Source: Bradymonadia bacterium
GTDB taxonomy: Bacteria > Myxococcota_A > Bradymonadia > UBA7976 > UBA1532
Assembly (NCBI GenBank): GCA_046290225.1
Contig: JBKAGE010000082.1
Coordinates: forward strand, 64,001-128,000
Reading direction: 5' to 3'
DNA: 64,000 nt
Positions within the stretch are counted from its first letter, which is position 1; each line of letters opens with the position of its first letter. The position numbers and the translations under genes were made by a program. Shown one piece after another: positions 18,248-27,110 of the stretch. The notes below the pieces were generated by a model, which searched no databases, was not told where the DNA came from, and saw only the letters and a list, made by a program, of their open reading frames with translations.

Positions 18248-21091
18248 ATGCCCAAATTCAGAGGACACACACGCCGAAACGCTGCACTCGTCGCCGGCGG
18301 TCTCGGCGCGGCCTTATTCTGGGTGTCTTCCACCCCCTATCTGAACTCAGAGTCTTCGTCTGAAGAAGGAGCCCGTAACACCTCACAGCCCCAATCGTCT
18401 GCCAACACATCCGCACACACGCTCGCCCGCTCGAACCATGTCACCTCGCTCCGACGACACAGCCCATTTCCTTCACTGAATCTCACTCGGGCGCCGGCCC
18501 ATGCTCAGCAGACGGTCTGGCTCGAATCTGGACGTCACCCCTTGGAGGTGGCCGCGGACGAGGTGCTGGTGACGCTGCAGCCCGACGTCTCCGCTGCTGA
18601 TTTGGAGCGCATCGCCGATCTGCTCGATTTGAAGCTGGATCGTGTTCACCCGCGCTCGGGGCTGGTGCGTCTCAAGCTCGATCACCCCGGCGCTCGTAAC
18701 CTGCGCGGTGCTGTAGATGCCCTGAAAACGCACACCGACATCGTTGCCTGGGCAGGTCTCAACCCCATCGCCCGTGGCACATCTGATCCTCAAGGCGGTG
18801 CTGAGGCCCCTGGTGATCAGCCTCAAGGTGACGTCGGCGGTGAAAGTTTGGAGGCCGTGGATCAGGGCGCTGTCGATCAAGCAGTCAATCCAGAGGCTCA
18901 GACAGAGTCTCGCGCTGAACGAAAAGCCCGCAGCGTCACCCGATTCCGTAGCCTCGACCGCCGACTGCTCGACTCTTTGCCCCAGAGGCCTGTCAGTGTG
19001 GAGCAAGATCAGTCCCAAGGCGATTTGGAGGGTTTGCAGTGGCAGATGTCGGGATTGACGCAGTTCCAGCACGACAGCTGGCCTCAAGCATGGGCTCAGG
19101 TGCCCTACGCAGACGACGTGGTGGTGGCGGTCCTCGACAGCGGGGTGGCCTACGCCGACGGTGAAGAGAACGGCGTGCAATACGCCAAGGCCCCTTCTCT
19201 CGCGTGCACCGACTTCGTCCACCCCTTCGATGCCGTCAACGACGACCTCTTCCCCTTCGACGATCATCAGCACGGCACCCACCTCACCAGCCTCCTCGCT
19301 GCTGATCCCGCCTGTGGGGCCCGTATCCGGGGCTACGCTCGCGGCGTCACCGTCATGCCCGTCAAGGTCCTCGACCATGAGCTCGCAGGCACAGAGGACG
19401 ATCTCATCGAGGGCTTGCTGCACGCCACGGAGCACGGCGCCGACATCGTCAACATGAGCCTGTCGTTCAGCCGTGGGTTCCGGCCCAGCCCTGCCCTGCG
19501 TCGGGCCCTCAAGCACGCTGAGATCTCGGGCGTGGTGCTGGTCTCTTCAGCGGGCAACGAAGGGAAGGACTACATCGCCTGGCCTGCGGCCTCGCCCCAC
19601 GTCATGTCAGTGGGCTCTTACAGCCTCAAGAAGATGTGGCACCCCAAAAAGAGGGTCCGCCGCAGCCGCTACAGCAACCACGGCTCGGGCCTCTCGGTCC
19701 TCGCCCCAGGTGGCCTGCTCGATGAAGACCATGACGAGAACGGCCTGCCTGACGGCATCCTCGCCGAGAGCTTCAACCCCGAAGATCCCACGCGCTTCGG
19801 CTACTGGATGGCTGCGGGGACCTCGCAAGCCGCCGTCGCCGTCACCGGCATCGCGGCGCTGCTCAAGGCCAAGGGCACCCCACCCACGCTGATCCGTCGG
19901 GTCATCGAGCTCACGGCGTATCGCAAGAAGAAGAACCGCAGCCGCGACAACGGCATGATCCGACCTGCCATGGCCCTCAACGCCATGGACTCGGTCGACT
20001 TCCCCCTCGAAGAGCTCGACACCAAGGTGCTGGTAGAGCCTCAGCTCATGCTCACCGGCAAGGCTTCGAGCAAGAAGAGCAGAGCCGTCGCCCGCATCAC
20101 GGTGCGCATGGAGAAAGATGGCGAGCTGGTCCGCCCCCAAGAGGTGCTTGAGCGCGGCACCCTGTTCATCCTCGGCCGTTGGACCGGCGATCTCGAAGGG
20201 ACGGTCAGCTGCAAGATCCAGATCCACAAAGGCCAAGACAGCTGCCTGCTGAGGAGTCAACGCAAGATCGAGCAGTGGGGCGGCCCGGCCATGGCGGGCA
20301 TTCAAATCGAGCGGGTCTCTCTGACGCCCCGTACCCGACGTCGTCAGATGAGGTACTGGTTCGCGAACACGGGTGGTTACTACTCCCTCGACGAGGAGAC
20401 CGTCGCTCAGCTGGTGGATGCAGGTAGTCAGACAGATGGCGCCATCTTCAGGCTTGATCCCGAGAGCGCAGATGAAGGGGTGAGCTTCCGGGCCGTGTTC
20501 GGCAGGCGACTGCAACAGACCGTCTACATGGTCAGGAACCTCGATCTGAACTCTGACCAGGCGCCCACGGTCATCGCCTTCAACCAGGCCTGGCTCGACG
20601 AGCACCCCGAGCTCATCGGCCAGCTCGATGCAGCGCAGCCCCTTGACGATGCGCCTGATGAGGCACGAGATGATGTCGACGCCGCCCCGGTGGGCTTCGA
20701 TGCCGTCGCGACCCCGGACGCCAGTGAGGCACCCCAAGGCGCAGGGGGCACGGGCCTTGGCTCCAGCTCGCGCGTGTTCAGCTTCAAGCCCCAGCGCTTC
20801 TACAGGGCCCGCACGGTTCGGGGTCATCGTCGGATCGTGCAGGGCAATGGTCTCGGCTCCAGCACCCGCATCTTCCGGTGGTCCAACGCCTTGCGCTTCA
20901 CCAACGCCACCTCGGCGCGGTGGCGCAGCCTGGGCAACGGCCTCGGCTCCAGCACCCGCATTTTCGACAACGGCCTCTTCAGGCGAATGAGCAGCCCCTA
21001 TGCCCGGATCTCGATGAGCGGTCTACGGATGATGGGCATGAGCCAGCATGATGAAGATCATGGCACCGGCATGGTCGCCCTCGACGAGTGA
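18248..21091 (+). CDS. S8 subtilisin-like serine protease with prodomain and long C-terminal extension
   Basis: Catalytic motifs VAVLDSG, HGTHL, SAGNEG, GTSQAA; N-terminal hydrophobic segment. Confidence 0.9.
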   Translation: MPKFRGHTRRNAALVAGGLGAALFWVSSTPYLNSESSSEEGARNTSQPQSSANTSAHTLARSNHVTSLRRHSPFPSLNLTRAPAHAQQTVWLESGRHPLEVAADEVLVTLQPDVSAADLERIADLLDLKLDRVHPRSGLVRLKLDHPGARNLRGAVDALKTHTDIVAWAGLNPIARGTSDPQGGAEAPGDQPQGDVGGESLEAVDQGAVDQAVNPEAQTESRAERKARSVTRFRSLDRRLLDSLPQRPVSVEQDQSQGDLEGLQWQMSGLTQFQHDSWPQAWAQVPYADDVVVAVLDSGVAYADGEENGVQYAKAPSLACTDFVHPFDAVNDDLFPFDDHQHGTHLTSLLAADPACGARIRGYARGVTVMPVKVLDHELAGTEDDLIEGLLHATEHGADIVNMSLSFSRGFRPSPALRRALKHAEISGVVLVSSAGNEGKDYIAWPAASPHVMSVGSYSLKKMWHPKKRVRRSRYSNHGSGLSVLAPGGLLDEDHDENGLPDGILAESFNPEDPTRFGYWMAAGTSQAAVAVTGIAALLKAKGTPPTLIRRVIELTAYRKKKNRSRDNGMIRPAMALNAMDSVDFPLEELDTKVLVEPQLMLTGKASSKKSRAVARITVRMEKDGELVRPQEVLERGTLFILGRWTGDLEGTVSCKIQIHKGQDSCLLRSQRKIEQWGGPAMAGIQIERVSLTPRTRRRQMRYWFANTGGYYSLDEETVAQLVDAGSQTDGAIFRLDPESADEGVSFRAVFGRRLQQTVYMVRNLDLNSDQAPTVIAFNQAWLDEHPELIGQLDAAQPLDDAPDEARDDVDAAPVGFDAVATPDASEAPQGAGGTGLGSSSRVFSFKPQRFYRARTVRGHRRIVQGNGLGSSTRIFRWSNALRFTNATSARWRSLGNGLGSSTRIFDNGLFRRMSSPYARISMSGLRMMGMSQHDEDHGTGMVALDE

Positions 21092-23161
21092 TCACTCCGG
21101 ATCGCACGGCCCCTCGCACACCCCCTCGATCACCCCTGCCTCGAAGAACCGCCTGACCTGCAACTGACTGCTGGGCAACTGCCGCACATCACCGTGCACT
21201 GGCCCGCCCTCTGTGGGGGGGATGGCGGTGTATCCCGGGAAGGGTGGCTCGAGCTTGAAGTCGAAGAGCATGAAGCCTGAGCCTTCGTGGGGCGGCATCA
21301 CCCCCTCGAGGCCGTAGGTCACGCGGGTGCTGGGCATGATCTGAGGCACGCCGAGGGTCCGGGCGTGCTGCTCGGTGGCCAGCGGCGTGACGTGGGTATC
21401 CCAGAGACCCGCGTGCAACAACACGCGACGCTCTGCAGGGGCCCAGCTCGGCGGGGTGTCGAGCACCAGGGGGGCATAGGTCATGGGATCGATGAGATCG
21501 AAGATCCACTGGCTCTGGGCCGCGAAGATCTGCTGGTCGAGCGGATCAGGGAACCCGCCCTCGATCAGCTGCAAGAAAGCGATGAAGGGCCAGGCCCGGA
21601 ACATCATGAAGGTGAAGGGGCCACCGCCGACGCTCAAGGCCACCCGCTCGTAATCAGGGGCCAGGGCCGCCAGGGTGCCGCCGAGGATGTGCCCCTGGCT
21701 GATGCCATAGAAGTAGATGTGCTCGGGGTCGAGGATGGGCCGTTGGGCGTCGCCCACAGTCACCGTGAAGGCATCCTCTTCGCTGAGGGCGATGCGGGCC
21801 TTCGACAGGGCGATCTGGTTCACCATGCCCTGATGTACCCGCTCCACGAAGTCAAAGGCGCCGGTGGGATCTCGGGCGAGGCCCGCGAGGACCCGGGCGC
21901 CATCTGGCAGCGACATGCCCCACCAGTCCACGGCGATGGCCACCATCTCGGCGTCGGCGACGAACTCGTGCACGAAGTTGCGGGCGATCTCGTCTCTGCC
22001 GCCGAAGAACCCGTGGCCGAACTGCATGAGGGGCACCGGCTCGCCGCCGCCTTCGATGCGCTCGACGACGCTGAAGGGCACCAGCGCGGTGAACGGCACC
22101 TGCACCACCCCTTCAACGACGACCTCACCGTCAGCCCCCCGACGCAAGAGAGATCCAGGGCCGCCGTTGCCTTCCAGGATCAACGGCGCGGTGATCATGC
22201 CTTCAATCTGGAAGGCGATGGTCTCGCTGTGGCGGTCGTCGGGCTCTGGTGTGGTCACCTCGGTGATCATGACCTCTGGCGGATCGACGGCGATGGCCCC
22301 GAGGGCCAGCTCCACCCCAGTGAGCATGTCGTGGCGCACGCGATCCATGTCCCGCACGGTGAAGTCCCAGGCGAGCTGCAACGCCTCGACCTCCACCCCT
22401 GCGCTCTGCAGAGGCGCGATGATCTCCTCGGCGAACCGCTGAGGCTCAGCGCCCAGCGCCGGCACGTTCGCCTCTGGATCAGCGAGCCGCTTGAACCCCT
22501 CACCCACAGGCATCAACTCACCTTCGACGTCGGTGAGACCTCTGATGGCCACGATGTAGCGGGTCTGGGACTTCAGCGGCACCATCGGGCGCATCAGCAG
22601 CGCTTGGGATTCGGGGCCTAAGCCCTCTGCCGTGGCCCGCGGATCGAGCTCGGCGAAGTGCGGTACGGGGGCGCCGGTGTCGGCTTCGAAGATCAAAGTG
22701 GGGCTATCGCCTCCGAGCGTGCGGCCAATGTCGTCGTCGTGAAAGACAATCGCCTCTGGGTCCACGGCCCGAGGCCACACGGTGATGATGGGGCCATTGG
22801 GCGAGAAGCCGTCGATCGCGCGCCGACGGTCGAAGTCGCCGAGGGTACCGTCGTCGGTGACGAGGGTGGCCTCGTCGGAGATGCGGATCTCTCCACCTGT
22901 CTCTGTGACCTGCCGCCAGTGATCTGAGGGCCACGGCAACAGGCAATGATGCTCGGGGGCCAGCGGGTTGCATCCTTCGGGTGGAGCCCAATCGTCCGGG
23001 GGGCTGGCGTCGGACTCTCCAGGTGCAGCCGCGTCCGTCGTGGGGCGTGCGACATCACCCTCTGAGTCCCCATCACAGCCCCACAAGGCGCCGAGGGCGA
23101 TCGCAAAAGACCCCCATGTCATGGCGCGCCCAATCACGCGGTGCATTTCGGTTGTCAGCAT
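21092..23161 (-). CDS. alpha/beta-hydrolase-fold lipoprotein (lipase/esterase-like)
   Basis: GGAGG RBS, lipobox LWGC, PWPSD and DGFSP N-domain, GHGFFG, nucleophile elbow GISQG, C-terminal His (PVHG). Confidence 0.75.
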   Translation of the reverse strand: MLTTEMHRVIGRAMTWGSFAIALGALWGCDGDSEGDVARPTTDAAAPGESDASPPDDWAPPEGCNPLAPEHHCLLPWPSDHWRQVTETGGEIRISDEATLVTDDGTLGDFDRRRAIDGFSPNGPIITVWPRAVDPEAIVFHDDDIGRTLGGDSPTLIFEADTGAPVPHFAELDPRATAEGLGPESQALLMRPMVPLKSQTRYIVAIRGLTDVEGELMPVGEGFKRLADPEANVPALGAEPQRFAEEIIAPLQSAGVEVEALQLAWDFTVRDMDRVRHDMLTGVELALGAIAVDPPEVMITEVTTPEPDDRHSETIAFQIEGMITAPLILEGNGGPGSLLRRGADGEVVVEGVVQVPFTALVPFSVVERIEGGGEPVPLMQFGHGFFGGRDEIARNFVHEFVADAEMVAIAVDWWGMSLPDGARVLAGLARDPTGAFDFVERVHQGMVNQIALSKARIALSEEDAFTVTVGDAQRPILDPEHIYFYGISQGHILGGTLAALAPDYERVALSVGGGPFTFMMFRAWPFIAFLQLIEGGFPDPLDQQIFAAQSQWIFDLIDPMTYAPLVLDTPPSWAPAERRVLLHAGLWDTHVTPLATEQHARTLGVPQIMPSTRVTYGLEGVMPPHEGSGFMLFDFKLEPPFPGYTAIPPTEGGPVHGDVRQLPSSQLQVRRFFEAGVIEGVCEGPCDPE

Positions 23162-23240
23162 TTGTCCTCCACAGGCGAACACCTACACGTGGCCTGCTCG
23201 CCACACATCGCCCTTTTGCGGATGCATCTGGAGTCGTGCC

Positions 23241-24614
23241 ATGTCTACACGCCGCCCACCCTCACTCACTCTCGCAGTGTCAGTGGCTTCGTTCTGCTTC
23301 TTACTTACACCACTGAGCTCGATAATTTCGCCTGCTCACGCACACGAGCCCTGGCTTCACAACACCACCAACAACAACGCCTGCCCAGCAGGGGCCCGCT
23401 GGGCCACAGATCCTGTCGTGCGCCTCGACCCCCACTCACTCGACGCCCTCGGCGTCACGTTGCATAACCGCGTCATCTTCGAGCGATCTCTCAACTTCGC
23501 CATGGACGCCATCAACGACACGGTAGGCAGCGCACTTCACCTGAGACGAGGCGCAGACACCACGACGCGCATCAGAGGTGGCTCGAGCAGCAACACGTGG
23601 ACCCGCCGCAGCTATGAGGGGCTCTCGAACACCATCGTCGTTCAATTCGAGTCGGGAGATCTCCTCTCAGAAGGATCTGGAGGACAAGCGCTCCTGAAGA
23701 TCGCCGATTGCGAGATTCGCCGTGTACTGGTGCGGCTGAACGCGGACACCCTTTCGGCGAGCTCGGCCCCCATCGATGAAGATCGGATGCGGCATCTGCT
23801 GTTGCACGAGATGACCCACGCCACAGGTCTTCGACACCCCCACGAGTACTCCATCCTCAACTACTCTTCTCAGATCGACGCACGCTTCGAAATGCGCGAT
23901 GGCGAGTGGGTGCCTGTGCTCCTCCCGGACGACCGCGGGGGCTTACGGTACCTCTACCCCGCCGCAGGAGAAGAGACAGATGTGGCGATTCATGTGACGA
24001 CTGTTGGTGAAGAGCGTCATGGGGATGGCCGATATGATGCCTACTTCACTCAGGATACATGCCATCCGAGCATCGATGCTGGCTACTCAGTGCCAGAGCT
24101 GTCGATTCTGGCGCCGTTGTGTGGTGACCCAACGTGGACCCACGACGATCTCATGGGCGGGCCCAGCGCACTGGCGAGAGGAGACTTTAAGGTGTGCCCT
24201 GGTGACGAGGTCGACATGGGGCTCATGTTGGCCAACCATGGCACGGGCCGAACGCGGGTGAAACTCTCCACGTGGTTCTCGCAGTCTCTCGAGATGAACC
24301 TCGAGGCTCTCCTCGAAGGCCACACCTTCACCTCAGCGAACGTGTCCCCCTCGATCCTACAGCTCTCTGCAGACGACGACAGCCGCGGACGCGAAGGCAG
24401 CGTGGCGCTGATGTTCCGTGTCACAGTGCCCAACCTGGCCCCAGGCAGCTATCACATCTTCGCCACCGCGAGCACGCACCTCGACGACGGCCCCCCTGAG
24501 CATGAGCTCGACAACAACCACCGCCGAGTGACCGGGCGTTACCCGCTCATCGTTGGTGATGTCCGCACATGTGGTCCAGGTTGGGTACCGGGCACGATCG
24601 GCGGGGGGCTCTGA
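23241..24614 (+). CDS. secreted metzincin-like Zn metalloprotease with C-terminal Ig/CARDB-like domain
   Basis: Signal peptide (AHA); HEMTHATGLRH zinc motif; DDRGGLRYLYP; EHELDNN. Confidence 0.75.
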   Translation: MSTRRPPSLTLAVSVASFCFLLTPLSSIISPAHAHEPWLHNTTNNNACPAGARWATDPVVRLDPHSLDALGVTLHNRVIFERSLNFAMDAINDTVGSALHLRRGADTTTRIRGGSSSNTWTRRSYEGLSNTIVVQFESGDLLSEGSGGQALLKIADCEIRRVLVRLNADTLSASSAPIDEDRMRHLLLHEMTHATGLRHPHEYSILNYSSQIDARFEMRDGEWVPVLLPDDRGGLRYLYPAAGEETDVAIHVTTVGEERHGDGRYDAYFTQDTCHPSIDAGYSVPELSILAPLCGDPTWTHDDLMGGPSALARGDFKVCPGDEVDMGLMLANHGTGRTRVKLSTWFSQSLEMNLEALLEGHTFTSANVSPSILQLSADDDSRGREGSVALMFRVTVPNLAPGSYHIFATASTHLDDGPPEHELDNNHRRVTGRYPLIVGDVRTCGPGWVPGTIGGGL

Positions 24615-24726
24615 AGCATTCGTCGCCAGCCTGCCCTCGAAGCCAAGTTCCACAAAGTCACCACTGAAAACTCCAACCTGATCTGCTACAACCTCAGGCC
24701 CTCAAATTTCGAGGCCAGCGAGCGAC

Positions 24727-27009
24727 ATGTCAGATCTCAACCCCGAAGAGCAGACCATCATCAACGAAGAGGTGGAGATTCTGGGCCGTGTACGGACCCA
24801 GATGATCGACCACGTGATGGCCAATGTGCCCCGCGTCAACTACGACGAGGAGCTGGTGCGTCTGCGTGACCAGATCGGCGAGGAGCGTGCGGAAGATCAC
24901 GCCATGCTCGTAGAGCACATGACCCGTCTGGCCTCGCTGCGCTCGATCCGCGGCAAGGGCACCAGCCTGCCGCCTGATCCGCAGAACCCGTACTTCGCCC
25001 ACCTGCGTTTGCGGGAAGGTGAGCAGGTCCGCGACGTGCTCATCGGCCGCCGGTCCTTCATCGACACCGGCAACGCGATCCACGTGGTGGACTGGCGCAA
25101 CTCGCCCATCAGCCGCATCTACTACCGCTACGAAGAGGGCGACGAGTACGAAGAGAGCTTCGCCGGCCGCCTGAAGAACGGCGTGGTGGAGCTGCGGCGC
25201 ACGGTGACCATCGCCGAGGGCGAGCTGGTCCGGGTCCGGGCCGGAGAAGAAGTCCTCGTGTTCCGCGGGGGCGAGTGGCAGCGCATGAGCGCCGATCAGC
25301 GCCAGCTCTCCGGCGGCGCTGGGGCAGCCATCCGGGCCCCCTCGGAGCGCCTCGGTCGCTCGGAGAAGGATCAGCGCCTGCCGGAGATCACCGCCCTCAT
25401 CGATCCGCAGCAGTTCGACGCCATCGCCGGCGAGCGCTCTGGTGTGGTCATCATCCGCGGCGGCGCCGGGACCGGTAAGACCACCATCGCCCTGCACCGT
25501 GCGGCGTTCCTGCACTTCCGAGATCCACAGCGCTTCGCGCCGAAGCGCATGCTGGTCATCACCCCCGGCGACGCCCTGGCCCGCTACGTGGCTCGGGTGC
25601 TGCCGGCCCTCGACGTGGGCGGGGTGCCGATCCGCACGTTCCCCCGGTGGGCCCACGAGACCCTCAAGCGGGTGATCCCCGAGTACCGCAAGCGCAAGCT
25701 CACCGAAGACACCCCCCTCGGAGCCCGGCGCCTGAAGCGCCACCCGCTCATGCTCAAGCTGCTCGCCGAAGAGGTGCAGCTCGAGGGCCGGGTCTTCGAC
25801 GCTCTCTTTGAAGAGGCTGGCGGCGAGATCGCCCTCAAGGCCTGGGTCTCTCGGCGAAATGTGCCCACTGAGCGCCGCATCAAGGGTGTGAGCCGCTGGC
25901 TCGACGGCCCCGGCCGCAAGCTGCTCGACGTGGAGACTCGCAAGCGCGTACGCAAGGTCCTCGACGAGGCCCGCGAGGAGCTGCTCGACCCGGCGGAGAC
26001 CTGGGCCAACCTGCTCACTGATCGCCACCGCATCACCAAGGCTCTCACCGACGCCGGTGAGTCGTTCCTGAGCTGGGAGGTCGATCAACTGGTAGACACA
26101 GTGAGCCGTCAGGCCGACGAGCCCATCGATCGCAGCGATCTCGATCCGCACCTGCGCTCGGGGGTCGACGGCCGCTCCATCGACGAAGGCGAGATCCAGA
26201 GCCGCCTCGATGTGGACGATCTGACGATCCTGTTGCGTCTGGTTCAGCTCAAACGCGGCCGCCTGCAGCCCCCACAGGGCGGCGCGGTGACCTACGAGCA
26301 CCTCGTGGTGGACGAAGCCCAGGATCTGACCCCGCTGGCCCTGAAGGTGCTGCTCGACGCCGCCAACAGCCCCGACTCGCCGGTGACCCTCGCCGGCGAC
26401 ACCGCCCAGAAGATCAGGTTCGACAACGGCTTCGACGAGTGGGAGCAGCTCATCGACGATCTACGCCTGCGGGCCACGATCCTGCCGCCGCTGGCGGTGA
26501 GCTACCGCTCCACGAGCCAGGTCATGGCCCTCGCCCGCCACGTGCTGGGCGATCTGGCCCCCCACGAGCCTGCCCGGGACGCCCGCAACGGCGCCCCCGT
26601 GGAGATGTTCCGGTTCCACGAGACCGGTGAAGCGGTGGCGTTCCTCGCCGACTCGCTCAAGAGCCTCATGGCCCGGGAGCGTACGGCGAGCGTGGCCCTG
26701 GTGTCGCGCACGTCAGAGGTGGCCGACCTCTACTTCAACGGCCTGCAGCGGGCCGAGGTGCCCTACTTGCGGCGCATCCACAAGCAGAACTTCGACTTCT
26801 CCGCGGGCATCGACGTCACCGACGTGTTCCAGATCAAGGGTCTCGAGTACGACTACATCGTGCTGCTCGAGGTCACCGAGGAGCAGTACCCCAACACCAC
26901 CGAGTCCAGGCATCTGCTGCATGTGGCGGCCACCCGCGCCGCCCACCAGCTCTGGCTGCTCGCCTCGGGGGTGCCCAGCAGTCTGCTCCCCGACGAGATG
27001 CGGACCTGA
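24727..27009 (+). CDS. helD: HelD-like SF1 (UvrD-family) ATPase
   Basis: PYFAHL, VVDWRNSPISRIYY, GGAGTGKTTIALHRAAFL, VVDEAQD, SYRST, KGLEYD, ATRA. Confidence 0.8.
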   Translation: MSDLNPEEQTIINEEVEILGRVRTQMIDHVMANVPRVNYDEELVRLRDQIGEERAEDHAMLVEHMTRLASLRSIRGKGTSLPPDPQNPYFAHLRLREGEQVRDVLIGRRSFIDTGNAIHVVDWRNSPISRIYYRYEEGDEYEESFAGRLKNGVVELRRTVTIAEGELVRVRAGEEVLVFRGGEWQRMSADQRQLSGGAGAAIRAPSERLGRSEKDQRLPEITALIDPQQFDAIAGERSGVVIIRGGAGTGKTTIALHRAAFLHFRDPQRFAPKRMLVITPGDALARYVARVLPALDVGGVPIRTFPRWAHETLKRVIPEYRKRKLTEDTPLGARRLKRHPLMLKLLAEEVQLEGRVFDALFEEAGGEIALKAWVSRRNVPTERRIKGVSRWLDGPGRKLLDVETRKRVRKVLDEAREELLDPAETWANLLTDRHRITKALTDAGESFLSWEVDQLVDTVSRQADEPIDRSDLDPHLRSGVDGRSIDEGEIQSRLDVDDLTILLRLVQLKRGRLQPPQGGAVTYEHLVVDEAQDLTPLALKVLLDAANSPDSPVTLAGDTAQKIRFDNGFDEWEQLIDDLRLRATILPPLAVSYRSTSQVMALARHVLGDLAPHEPARDARNGAPVEMFRFHETGEAVAFLADSLKSLMARERTASVALVSRTSEVADLYFNGLQRAEVPYLRRIHKQNFDFSAGIDVTDVFQIKGLEYDYIVLLEVTEEQYPNTTESRHLLHVAATRAAHQLWLLASGVPSSLLPDEMRT

Positions 27010-27040
27010 ACTGCATTCCTGACGCATTTTGAGTCAATTC

Positions 27041-27072
27041 GGCCTTGGGATTCAGGCCCAATCCCCAAGGTC
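27041..27072 (+). terminator. putative intrinsic terminator after helD-like gene
   Basis: ggccttgggatt...aatccccaaggtc hairpin followed by a pyrimidine-rich run. Confidence 0.45.
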
Positions 27073-27110
27073 GTTCCTCTCGACACCAGAGTTGATATGC
27101 TGTTCTGGCC

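Noticed and set aside
24697..24716. Imperfect palindrome before helD-like gene as a rifamycin-associated element
   Set aside because: I cannot match it to the actinobacterial RAE; it may be only a leader hairpin
24730..26301. Long antisense ORFs (e.g. 24730-26301, 10423-12075, 47423-48823, 48955-50811, 60456-62306)
   Set aside because: Shadow frames expected opposite high-GC3 genes; no motifs, and the sense gene is well supported
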